A program made the translations under genes and the position numbers. A stretch of DNA of 58,041 nucleotides from positions 1 through 58,041 of IMG/VR virus record IMGVR_UViG_3300045996_002471. One strand, 5' to 3'. Below, piece after piece: positions 7,821 through 15,929 of this stretch. Within the stretch, counting starts at the first letter, position 1. Every line of letters starts with the position of its first letter. This DNA comes from a virus. Lineage: Duplodnaviria; Caudoviricetes. The notes beneath the pieces are model-generated. The model did not search any database. It saw nothing but the letters and a program-made list of their open reading frames with translations, and was not told where the DNA came from.

Positions 7821-8257
7821 TCGACCCGATCTCAGGACTGTTCGGGCAGCTCGTCTGCGGCGGGTGGATCGGCGAAGACCCCCGTGACGGCAGCGACCTC
7901 GCGTTCCTCTACCTCGCCACCCCCGGCGACGGCGCGCTCGGTCTGCCTGCGGCGCGGGCGATGGCGCTGATCGCCGAGACCATGGGCATCGACCCCCGGC
8001 AGGGCGCCGTGACCCTCGACCCGCCCGCCACGACCACCGTCGAGGTCCGCGCTGGCGGCTGGGCGGCGCTCGTCGTCAACGGCGAGACCGTGGCCGAGCG
8101 TCCCACCTCCGCCGAGTGGGTCGCGACCGCGTGCGCCGTGGGCCGTGTCGCGGTCGGCCTGGCCTACACCGCCCTGCCCGCAGGCGGCACGGTCGAGCAG
8201 CTCACCGACGGCCCGTCGGTGCTGGCCCTGCTTTCCGTCGTCGACACCAGGAGATGA
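7817..8257 (+). CDS. Hypothetical protein (DUF5949-like)
   Basis: GTGA overlap with previous gene; GQLVCGGWIGEDPRDGSDLAFLYL resembles a conserved actinobacterial family (from recall). Confidence 0.55.
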   Translation: MIDPISGLFGQLVCGGWIGEDPRDGSDLAFLYLATPGDGALGLPAARAMALIAETMGIDPRQGAVTLDPPATTTVEVRAGGWAALVVNGETVAERPTSAEWVATACAVGRVAVGLAYTALPAGGTVEQLTDGPSVLALLSVVDTRR

Positions 8258-9156
8258 CCGCCGTGGACCACAAGCCGCTGCACGAAGACGTCCCGACCGA
8301 GCACGCCTGGGTAACGGGTCGCAGGATCTACGTGCGGACCCCCAAAGACTCCGCGCTCAACCAGCAGCTGGTCGAGCTGGGCGCGAAGTGGGACCGGGAG
8401 GTCCGTGCCCGCTGGGTCGGTACCGGCAAACGGAACCGGGTCCTGCCGCTGGTACTGGCCGACGAGCGGCGCGAGCAGGCCGAGAAGCAGGCAGCGGCCG
8501 CGGTACTGGCCGCCGGTCGGTGGGTGCAGCTGCCGCGCAACGTCGACGGGGTGGTCACCGCCATGCATCAGCGCGCGGGCCGGTTGGGCGCGGTGTGGGA
8601 CGCCGAAAGCCGGCGATACGCGCTGCCCAGCGACGACGCCCGCGACCGACTCCAGCGACAGTTGGACACCTGGCTGGCCGAGCAGCAGGCCGACCGGGAG
8701 CGCACCGAAGCGCAGCGGCAGGCACGACGGCGCGCCGAGGCCGAGCAGGTCGAGCGGGAACTGGCCGAGGTGCGGCAGGTCGAGGCCGACCGTGCCCGTC
8801 GCCGCATCGAGCGGGCCGTCGCCGACAGTGGACGCACCGCAACCGGTGAGACGGTGACGGTGCGCCGCTACGACGAGCGGTACATGAACCGTGCGGGCGC
8901 CGAGCAGGTCGCCTGGCAGGTCGGCACGGTGCGCCGCCTCGCCGACGGCCGCCGCGGGCTGGTCGTCGACCGGCACATCCGGTTCTGGTCCGAGGACGAC
9001 GCCACCGAGTACTCCCACGAGGTCCAGTTGCCCGACAACGCGCACTGGGCGTTCACCTACACCCTCGCGGTGATCGAGCCCACCGATGACGAGCGGCAAG
9101 CCGACACGCTCGGCGCTCACTCCCAACCCCGCGACACCGCGGGAGGTATCTCGTGA
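8254..9156 (+). CDS. Protein with two DUF5710-like (LGAxWD) repeats and coiled coil
   Basis: LGAKWDREVRARW and LGAVWDAESRRY; ATGA overlap. Confidence 0.6.
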   Translation: MTAVDHKPLHEDVPTEHAWVTGRRIYVRTPKDSALNQQLVELGAKWDREVRARWVGTGKRNRVLPLVLADERREQAEKQAAAAVLAAGRWVQLPRNVDGVVTAMHQRAGRLGAVWDAESRRYALPSDDARDRLQRQLDTWLAEQQADRERTEAQRQARRRAEAEQVERELAEVRQVEADRARRRIERAVADSGRTATGETVTVRRYDERYMNRAGAEQVAWQVGTVRRLADGRRGLVVDRHIRFWSEDDATEYSHEVQLPDNAHWAFTYTLAVIEPTDDERQADTLGAHSQPRDTAGGIS

Positions 9157-9355
9157 CCTGGAAGCCCTACGACCCCGCCACCCTGGACCTGGCCGGCGAG
9201 CAGGTGTTCGTCGAGACCGGCACCCGATCGCGGGCGGACGCTGGCACCTGCTCGCCGACGGCACGGTGGTGTACGAGAACCCGGCCGGGACGTGGATGCC
9301 GTCCACGCACAGCGTCGAAGCGCTGCGCGACCCCGCCCGGTTCACCCCGGCCTGA
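9153..9355 (+). pseudogene. Small gene split by a 1-nt frameshift near 9222-9225
   Basis: MTWKPYDP...ETGT continues as PIAGGRWHLLADG... in another frame; adding one C to CCC restores a ~67-aa ORF. Confidence 0.5.
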
Positions 9356-9372
9356 CCTGCCGCACACGCGAC

Positions 9373-9406
9373 GACGCCCCGCCCACCGTGTGGTGAGCGG
9401 GGCGTC
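9373..9406. terminator. Bidirectional terminator
   Basis: GACGCCCCGCCCACC-gtgt-GGTGAGCGGGGCGTC between convergent genes. Confidence 0.7.
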
Positions 9407-9419
9407 CGGCTGTCCAGGG

Positions 9420-10379
9420 TCAGGGGCGAACCAGGGCGGTGTCACCGTCCATCTCCGTGGACGCCGGCTGCCCCAGCACCATGCACTGCAGGTCCACGTC
9501 CTGCTGCAGGATCGGCGGCCGGCCGAACAGCAGCGCGCCGACCGCGACCAGGAACACGCGGGTGACCGCGTCGCTGCCCTTCTTGTACCGGGGGGCTTGG
9601 TAGAGCAGGTAGCGGGCCTGCTGCCATGCCGTCAGCCGCGCCAGCGGGGCCAGCTCGCCCGCGCCGGCCAGCAGGGTCAGGGCGATGTTGAACATCGTGT
9701 CAGCGTCGTCGGGGTCGGCGGTGACCACGTACATCAGCTCGCCGCCGTCCTCCAGGCGGGAGGTGTCCCGGCCCCGCGCGGCGGTTCGGGCCAGCAGCGC
9801 GTCGGCGATCCCGCGGGCCGCACCGCGGCGGACGATCCGGTTGCCGGTGATCGTGCGGCCGGCCGAGTTCATCCGCACCACGTTCTCCAACACGTCCTCG
9901 GTGGACGCCTCGCGGTCGAAGCGGGACTTCGCGGCCGCGCCGTAGTCGGCCATCACCTGGTAGGCGTGGGTCCAGCGCCCGTTCTGGTACGTGCGAGTGG
10001 CGGCGTCCCATTCCGGCTTGACCTTCAGCCTGCCGATGTCGCCGATGCGGTCGTAGTTCGGGCCGCCGTCGCGCAGTGTCGTCGTGAACCGGGCCACGTC
10101 CAGTGGCAGGCCCTCGCCGAGGCGGCGGGGGGTTTGCAGGGCGAGGCCTCGCCGCCATGCCGTCGCCTCGGCGTGCAGGCCGCGCAGCAGCGTGAGCCGC
10201 CGCAGCTGGTCGGAACCTGACCACTCCGGGGCGAGCCGCAGGCGGAGGGTCTCTGCGGTCTCGGCCTGCCGGTCGGCGAACGTGGCGATGCGGGCGATCT
10301 CGTCGGGGTCGTCGGTGCGCAACGCCAGGTGCGGGGTGGGGAAGCTGTCGGCGGTGATGAGGGCGGTGGTGGCGGTCAT
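9420..10379 (-). CDS. Fido (Fic/AvrB-like) domain protein with non-canonical motif
   Basis: YQAPRYKKGSDAVTR at the position of HPFxDGNGRxxR, followed by P...DVDL. Confidence 0.5.
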   Translation of the reverse strand: MTATTALITADSFPTPHLALRTDDPDEIARIATFADRQAETAETLRLRLAPEWSGSDQLRRLTLLRGLHAEATAWRRGLALQTPRRLGEGLPLDVARFTTTLRDGGPNYDRIGDIGRLKVKPEWDAATRTYQNGRWTHAYQVMADYGAAAKSRFDREASTEDVLENVVRMNSAGRTITGNRIVRRGAARGIADALLARTAARGRDTSRLEDGGELMYVVTADPDDADTMFNIALTLLAGAGELAPLARLTAWQQARYLLYQAPRYKKGSDAVTRVFLVAVGALLFGRPPILQQDVDLQCMVLGQPASTEMDGDTALVRP

Positions 10380-10430
10380 GGGGTTCAGCTTCTCTCTGGC
10401 CGGCGGGGTGCGGGAGGGTTTGCCCGTTGC

Positions 10431-10709
10431 CTACGTGAGCGGGTTGCCGTGCTTGTCGTTCCACTCGGAGAGGAGGGCGGAGCCGGGTTCGGTCAGGTCC
10501 ACACGCTTGCCGTAGTCCTCGGAGATGTCGCCGATCTTCGCAAGGCGATGCCCGAAGAAGCCTCCGATCACGTTCTCCATGCGGCCGTGCGTCGAGGCAT
10601 CGCTTCTGATCAGCCAGGTCCGGGAGCCGAAGCGTGCCCGGAAGACTCGACCGGCTGCGACCTCGGCGAGCATCCGGTGACGCAAGGGCGTGTGCTTAAG
10701 GGTGGCCAC
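10431..10709 (-). CDS. Hypothetical (winged-helix-like) protein
   Basis: Operon coupling; ends VDLTEPGSALLSEWN. Confidence 0.55.
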   Translation of the reverse strand: MATLKHTPLRHRMLAEVAAGRVFRARFGSRTWLIRSDASTHGRMENVIGGFFGHRLAKIGDISEDYGKRVDLTEPGSALLSEWNDKHGNPLT

Positions 10710-10972
10710 TACTCACACTCCGGGTCGTCGGTGTCGGGCTCGGAGTCGATGACGGTCAGGTACCGGCGGACGCCGAAGTAGGTCACGCCACCCGGCTCGT
10801 AGCCGGGGAAGGTGCCGGGGTTGACGACCTTGCCGCGCCACGTCTGCGTCTCGGCGATCCACTCCACGACGGTGGCGGTGAACCAGCGGTCGCTGGCCTC
10901 CCACCGCACGGTCTTGCCGATCAGGTCCATCGGAGTGCCGGAGGCTCCCGGCGTAGCCGACTGGGAGGTCAC
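10709..10972 (-). CDS. Hypothetical protein
   Basis: Translationally coupled in operon. Confidence 0.55.
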   Translation of the reverse strand: MTSQSATPGASGTPMDLIGKTVRWEASDRWFTATVVEWIAETQTWRGKVVNPGTFPGYEPGGVTYFGVRRYLTVIDSEPDTDDPECE

Positions 10973-11367
10973 GACCGAGTCTCCGGCTGGGGCCCGGTGT
11001 AGATCGTCCGCCAGCCGATACGCTCAGCCTCGCGCGCTAGGGTCTCCCGCCAGCCGTCCGGTGCCGGGTAGTCCTCCAACTCCCCGTCGCCCTTGTAGTA
11101 GAGGCTCGGATCCCGGAAGGCGATGCCGAGCTGGGCGGCGTCCGTGACCAGCGCGTCGATGGCCGCAGACAGCCCCGAAGTGGTTCCGGTACCTCGGACG
11201 AAGTACCGAGTGCGCAGGGTGCCCTCGGTGGACACTCTGCCTTCGTCGGGGTCGTCGTTGACGAATCCGTCGTCCAGGAAGTCCAGGCTGGCGGCCCAGC
11301 CGTGAGTATCGGCGCGCTGGTGCACGGTGATACCGGTGGACCAGTACATGCCGGTATTGCTGATCAT
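10969..11367 (-). CDS. Hypothetical phage protein
   Basis: RBS; overlapping start/stop; normal composition. Confidence 0.65.
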   Translation of the reverse strand: MISNTGMYWSTGITVHQRADTHGWAASLDFLDDGFVNDDPDEGRVSTEGTLRTRYFVRGTGTTSGLSAAIDALVTDAAQLGIAFRDPSLYYKGDGELEDYPAPDGWRETLAREAERIGWRTIYTGPQPETRS

Positions 11368-11406
11368 GCTTGTCTTCCCCTTCCGGGAATGGAGAGATGG
11401 GGGAGG

Positions 11407-11778
11407 TCAGGTACGCACTCGTCGGTGACACCACGAGCACTTGAGCGTGCCGGGGTCGCCATAGTCGACCAGCCGAAACCCGGCCTGCGGGTGGACACCG
11501 TCATGCTCTCCGCTGGCGAGCACCGGGCCCAGCGCGACCGTGCCGGGCACACCGTATTCCGAATTCCACTCATACAGATAGACCTCGCCGTCCTGCGTCA
11601 GGCCGACCGGCTGGGCCCGCCCGGACTCCCACCTGACGTGGATCAGTCGATGCAGGCTCAGGTAGTCGACCGCCTGTCGCTTTCCCGACCCGCTGTAGAG
11701 ACCGCCCGAGGTGAAGGTTCCGGCGCTGATCGCGGCGAGAGTTTCGTGGCGTGTCTCCGTGTAACGGATCGGACCCAC
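11407..11778 (-). CDS. Hypothetical (winged-helix-like plus CxxC) protein
   Basis: LTQDGEVYLYEWN resembles the 10431 ORF; C-terminal CSWC. Confidence 0.55.
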   Translation of the reverse strand: MGPIRYTETRHETLAAISAGTFTSGGLYSGSGKRQAVDYLSLHRLIHVRWESGRAQPVGLTQDGEVYLYEWNSEYGVPGTVALGPVLASGEHDGVHPQAGFRLVDYGDPGTLKCSWCHRRVRT

Positions 11779-11788
11779 TTCTCTTCTC

Positions 11789-12007
11789 CTAGCTCTCGGT
11801 ACGGGAGGGGGACGGGGGTGAGGACTGGTCGGACGCGGCTTCCATGCCGTTGATGAAGGCCAGCACGGTCTCCAGCTCGAACACGCAGCCTGCGGTGAAC
11901 TCCGACGGGTTCGGACGTGCCTTCAACCTGTCCACGGTCTTGGCGATGTGGTCCTTGAGGATGGAGTAGCGCATGGCGTCATCCGCCTGCGTCGACCTGC
12001 TGGTCAC
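11789..12007 (-). CDS. Hypothetical protein
   Basis: GGGGGAG RBS + GTG. Confidence 0.55.
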   Translation of the reverse strand: MTSRSTQADDAMRYSILKDHIAKTVDRLKARPNPSEFTAGCVFELETVLAFINGMEAASDQSSPPSPSRTES

Positions 12008-12085
12008 GTCTCCCCCTTCCCGGGGTGTCGTTGTAGTCGGGGGTTGTCTTCGGCCCCTTCGGGGAGGGCCTGCGGCGCGCGATGG

Positions 12086-12490
12086 TCAGTCGGCGGGCGG
12101 AAGCGACACGTCCACGACGGCGGGGGGCTGCGGCTTGATCGGAATGGGGTCGAAACCATCGCGCGACGAGGCCTGTCGCGCGAAGTCGCGCCCCGCCAGA
12201 CTGGCGAGGTCGGCGGCCAACCGGTGCCGATGCTGGCTTAGCTCGGTGATCAGCCTGTCCAAGCTGCCGAGCGTGTCGCGAACCGCCTGCTCGGCCTCTT
12301 GCTTGGTGTCATCGACACTGCACCAACGGCGCGCGGTCGTCGTACGCACAACCGGCATTTCGGTGTTGATCTCAACCATGACCCTGTTGTAGCCGTGGCT
12401 GAAGTACGGTTCGTCGATGCTAACGCCGATCCGTCCGTCGACTTGTCGTGACGAGCCGACGATCGGCTGGCGAACGTCCCACTGCGGCAC
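12086..12490 (-). CDS. Hypothetical protein
   Basis: AAGGAG RBS + GTG at 12490. Confidence 0.55.
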   Translation of the reverse strand: MPQWDVRQPIVGSSRQVDGRIGVSIDEPYFSHGYNRVMVEINTEMPVVRTTTARRWCSVDDTKQEAEQAVRDTLGSLDRLITELSQHRHRLAADLASLAGRDFARQASSRDGFDPIPIKPQPPAVVDVSLPPAD

Positions 12491-12568
12491 GTCGGTCTCC
12501 TTGGTCAGTAGGTGAGCGGCACCAGAGGGGGTGGCGGGGCGGGCGTCGAAGGCCCGCCCCACCGGGGA

Positions 12569-12853
12569 TCAGGCGACAACCGCCGCAGCGAGGTCCAAGT
12601 CGAGCGCGTCGCAGATGACCTGCACGGCCTCACGCTCGTCGTCCAGGCTCTCGGCCCACGCGTCGTAGGCGGCCTGGACCTGCGGGTGCTTGTCGTACAG
12701 GCGCTCGGTGATGACGCCGCGCACCAGCTTCTCCTCGGCCGTGAGAGCGCCAGCGGTCTCCAGTGCCAGGAGCGCGACCAGGTTCGTCTCGTCGGACGCC
12801 TGGGCGATGTGGGCGGCGAGCTTGGCGCGGAGGGCGGTCGCGGTCGCGGTCAT
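12569..12853 (-). CDS. Hypothetical protein
   Basis: GGAG RBS + ATG; divergent from the RHH gene. Confidence 0.6.
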   Translation of the reverse strand: MTATATALRAKLAAHIAQASDETNLVALLALETAGALTAEEKLVRGVITERLYDKHPQVQAAYDAWAESLDDEREAVQVICDALDLDLAAAVVA

Positions 12854-12885
12854 TTCGGCTCCCGATGCTGGCCAACTGCGGTCTG

Positions 12886-12953
12886 CGTATATACGTACCG
12901 TACGCCTGTCCACGAGAGAACGCAACAGGTAGACTGACCTTCACGTATATACG
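12886..12953. promoter_or_regulatory. Two CGTATATACG palindromic operators in divergent intergenic region
   Basis: Exact 10-bp palindromes at 12886 and 12944. Confidence 0.65.
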
Positions 12954-12961
12954 GAGGTCAC

Positions 12962-13150
12962 GTGACTGAGGATGAGTGGGAGAAGGTCCGCACGCTGCGA
13001 GCCAGTGACGAACTGTGGGGCGCGTTCGGCGCCGCCTGTAAGGACGACGGCGCCGACCGATCCACCGTGCTCCGTCGCTTCATGGCCGCATACGCCGGGT
13101 TGCCGGGAGCGAAGGTGCCGCGACGGAAACGGCGACCTGCCCCCGAGTAG
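12962..13150 (+). CDS. Ribbon-helix-helix (CopG/Arc-like) regulator
   Basis: VRTLRASDELWGAFGAAC...DRSTVLRRFMAAY pattern; GGAGG RBS. Confidence 0.7.
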   Translation: MTEDEWEKVRTLRASDELWGAFGAACKDDGADRSTVLRRFMAAYAGLPGAKVPRRKRRPAPE

Positions 13151-13199
13151 CCCTCCCGGTCAGGCGGCGGACGGAGACGCCCACCGCCAGACCGGGGGG
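13151..13199. terminator. Stem-loop between convergent RHH and whiB genes
   Basis: CCCTCCCGGTCAGGCGG...CCGCCAGACCGGGGGG. Confidence 0.55.
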
Positions 13200-13454
13200 T
13201 CAGGCGTTGGTGCGGGCCCGGGTGCGGGCGTTGCGGCGCTTGAGGGCGCGACGCTCGTCTTCGGTCATGCCGCCGTAGATCCCAGAGTCGAGCCCGCGGT
13301 CGAGCGCCTCGGCTAAGCAAGCCGTAAGCACCGGGCAGCGTCGGCAGACAGCTTTCGCCTCCTCCGCCTGAATCACCGCGGGCCCAGAGTTGCCCACCGG
13401 GAACCAAAGCTCGGGATCTTCGTCCTTGCACAGAGCCGCATGTCGCCAGTCCAT
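13200..13454 (-). CDS. whiB: WhiB-family Fe-S transcriptional regulator
   Basis: DWRHAALC..EDPELWFP..AKAVCRRCPV...C; GIYGGMTEDER. Confidence 0.95.
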   Translation of the reverse strand: MDWRHAALCKDEDPELWFPVGNSGPAVIQAEEAKAVCRRCPVLTACLAEALDRGLDSGIYGGMTEDERRALKRRNARTRARTNA

Positions 13455-13467
13455 GGTCGATCTCCCC

Positions 13468-14013
13468 TCAGATGAGCGCGGTGAGCAGGGCTGAGATGAA
13501 CAGTGCGGCGATGTGCAGGGACTGGTCGAGCGAATAAGCCCCCGTGCCGAGCACCGGATTGTCCAGCGGGACCCGCACGGTCTCCTCGGCGTGGTGGTGC
13601 TGGCCTCCCGGGGTGACCTCGGTGGTGACGTGCAGGGCGTGGACTTCGAGCCGGCGGGGTTGCCCGAGCTGGTGCAGGTCGTGCTTGCCGAGCGCGCGGG
13701 CGAGCACGGCGAGGGTCCAGCGGCGGTCGATCGCGTAGTGGGTGACCGCGGAGAACACCTGCCCGGCGGCGATGCCCCAACCGGTGGCGTGAGCGCCGAG
13801 CGGAAGGTGCACGACGGTGAGCACGGCGGCGAAGGTGAGCAGGGTGTAGGTGGTGACGTGCTTGGCGCAGTTCCACTGGCCGTAGCGGGAGAGGTCGCCC
13901 TTGCGGATGGCCTGGTGGTGGGACTGCACCCACAGGTCCCCGAGGCCGTGGACGGCCCACATGGCGGCGAAGGCGAGCACAGTGGTGAGGCCGGCGGTGA
14001 TGGGGGTTGGCAT
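13468..14013 (-). CDS. DUF3307-family membrane protein
   Basis: HGLGDLWVQ, THYAIDRR, LDQSLH motifs. Confidence 0.75.
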   Translation of the reverse strand: MPTPITAGLTTVLAFAAMWAVHGLGDLWVQSHHQAIRKGDLSRYGQWNCAKHVTTYTLLTFAAVLTVVHLPLGAHATGWGIAAGQVFSAVTHYAIDRRWTLAVLARALGKHDLHQLGQPRRLEVHALHVTTEVTPGGQHHHAEETVRVPLDNPVLGTGAYSLDQSLHIAALFISALLTALI

Positions 14014-14087
14014 GATGGGGTTCCGTCCTGGTTGGCGGGTGCCGGGCCCGGCGGTGGCTGTGGAGGCTGGTCCGCCGGGCCGCGGCG

Positions 14088-14318
14088 CTACTCGCTGGGC
14101 TTGGGTTTGGGTTGGAGCGGGTTGACGTCGTCGATGAGACCGAGGATGGCGAGGAGTTCGCGGCAGGTCTCGGCGCGCCGGGCCTTGGTTTTGGCGGTGC
14201 GTTGGGCGTAGGCGGCGATGTAGACGCCCGCTTGGCGGCGCTTGTCTTCGACGGAGGGGTTTCGGTCGATGCGGCCGACGCTGTAGCTGTGAATGTCGCT
14301 GTTGTCGTTCGTCATCAC
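14088..14318 (-). CDS. Hypothetical protein
   Basis: Coupled to upstream gene. Confidence 0.55.
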   Translation of the reverse strand: MMTNDNSDIHSYSVGRIDRNPSVEDKRRQAGVYIAAYAQRTAKTKARRAETCRELLAILGLIDDVNPLQPKPKPSE

Positions 14319-14923
14319 GCCAGTCCTTCCGCTTCGAGTACCTGGCGGGCGGTGTCGAGCGTGTCCCAGTCCGTCCGGTCGCCGACACGGTCCGGGTGCA
14401 GCTTCGCCGAGGCCTGCCGCAGCAGGCTCCGTCCGTCGGTGGAGTGTGGTGCGCCGACGACCTCACGCAGCCACTGCATCGCGGCGTCAGCGGTGGCGAA
14501 CCCTGCAGGCTGAGGGTTCGCGATCGCCCGCCAGCCTTGGTACTGCTCGCCGGAGCGGGTGACGCCGTACCGGTCGACCGCGCGGAGTGCCTGCAGGCTC
14601 AGGGCGATGGCGCGGAGATTGGCCTGCCAGCCGGTGTAGGCGTCGGTGGCGTAGGTGAGCGGGCCGTGCCGGGAGTCGAACGACACGACGACGCCGGGAT
14701 GCCCGACTTTGGCGTTGACGCGGAGCATCCCGTCACGGCGGATGTCGCCGCGCTGCACGTCGACCTGGACGGCGATCGCGCCGCGCAGCCCGAGCTTCTC
14801 GATTTCGGCGGTGAGCAGGTTCATGGTGTCGGCCCAACTCGCGGTGAAGCGGGCGGACGGGGCGCGGTGCTTGGTTTCGGGGCGGTCCCAGGTGCCGAGG
14901 GGTTCGATTTGCCAGACAGCCAT
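14315..14923 (-). CDS. Phage J-domain protein
   Basis: NLRAIALSLQALRAVDRYG conserved block; C-terminal KLHPDR. Confidence 0.85.
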   Translation of the reverse strand: MAVWQIEPLGTWDRPETKHRAPSARFTASWADTMNLLTAEIEKLGLRGAIAVQVDVQRGDIRRDGMLRVNAKVGHPGVVVSFDSRHGPLTYATDAYTGWQANLRAIALSLQALRAVDRYGVTRSGEQYQGWRAIANPQPAGFATADAAMQWLREVVGAPHSTDGRSLLRQASAKLHPDRVGDRTDWDTLDTARQVLEAEGLA

Positions 14924-15438
14924 CACGCCACCTTCGGGGTGGTGAGCAGCGGCCAGCGTGCCTTGTCCAGCCGGTCGCGTTGCGCCTGCGGCAGCGGGAA
15001 CAGCGGCCCGCCGAGCCGGTCCAGCCCCGCGGCACGACACCACCAGGCGTCGCAGGCGTTGTCATCAACGAACTCGACGCCCGCGCGCTTGAACGCGGCC
15101 ATCGCCATCGCGGTCTTGTCGCCGTTGCCCTTCCCGGTCGCGTAGGCCTTGAGCGTGGCGGGCGGGATCAGTACGTAAGGCACCTCATGCTCGAGCAGCG
15201 CCGCGCGGACGGCGCCGTGGACCATGCCGGTGATGCCCGCGGACTTGGCGTGTGTGGGCAGGTCTTCGATGACGGCGAGCATGGTGTCCGGGTCGAGTGC
15301 GTCGGCGACGGCTGCGGTGATGTGCAGCAGGCGCCGGTCGCCGTCGGCGAGGCGGGTCTTGACGGTGGTGGTGGTGCCGTCGGCGTACGCGATGCCGGTG
15401 GCGGTGAGGCTGAGGTCGAGACCGATCACGGTGGTCAT
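14923..15438 (-). CDS. RuvC-like Holliday junction resolvase
   Basis: VIGLDLSLTATG, VIED, PATLKAYATGKGN.DK, DNACDA. Confidence 0.85.
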   Translation of the reverse strand: MTTVIGLDLSLTATGIAYADGTTTTVKTRLADGDRRLLHITAAVADALDPDTMLAVIEDLPTHAKSAGITGMVHGAVRAALLEHEVPYVLIPPATLKAYATGKGNGDKTAMAMAAFKRAGVEFVDDNACDAWWCRAAGLDRLGGPLFPLPQAQRDRLDKARWPLLTTPKVA

Positions 15439-15635
15439 GCGGCGTCGCCTTGGTCGGTGATAAAGAAGGTGGCGTCACAGTCGCCGTCGCACGACCAGAG
15501 GTCTCCGGGGCTGGAGACTCCGCCTTGCCTACCGAGCCAGAACCACCGCAGCGACTCACACCCGGGGTCGTGGGTGTCCCACTTGGCTCGCACGCTCGGC
15601 AGCAGCGTGTCGTAGCACCACGGCTTGGCGGTCAC
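15435..15635 (-). CDS. Small Cys-rich protein
   Basis: Coupled; HDPGC...CDGDC. Confidence 0.45.
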   Translation of the reverse strand: MTAKPWCYDTLLPSVRAKWDTHDPGCESLRWFWLGRQGGVSSPGDLWSCDGDCDATFFITDQGDAA

Positions 15636-15928
15636 TGGTTCCCGCCTTCCTGGGAGACGGGAGCCGACCGGGGGTGCCGGATCTCGTCGGCCGCGTCGAT
15701 GTACTTCAACCGGGCGAGCCCGAGCCCGATTGTCTGGGCGGCCTTGGCCTTCCGGTCCAGGGACCCGGCGTTGATCCGCTGCTTCCACGCGTCGAGGTCA
15801 TCGGTGAGGACGTCGAGGACGGCGGCTACGACCTTCCGCGCAGCCTCATCGGTGTGGCGGTCGTCCGGGGTGTGCTCGACCAGGGGCAGCGCGGCGGCTG
15901 CGATGAGACGTTCGGTGAAGGCGCTCAC
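15632..15928 (-). CDS. Hypothetical protein, paralogous N-terminus to 20643-21137
   Basis: GAGGAG RBS; RLIAAAALPLVEHTPDDRHTDEAARKVV. Confidence 0.6.
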   Translation of the reverse strand: MSAFTERLIAAAALPLVEHTPDDRHTDEAARKVVAAVLDVLTDDLDAWKQRINAGSLDRKAKAAQTIGLGLARLKYIDAADEIRHPRSAPVSQEGGNQ

Positions 15929-15929
15929 G

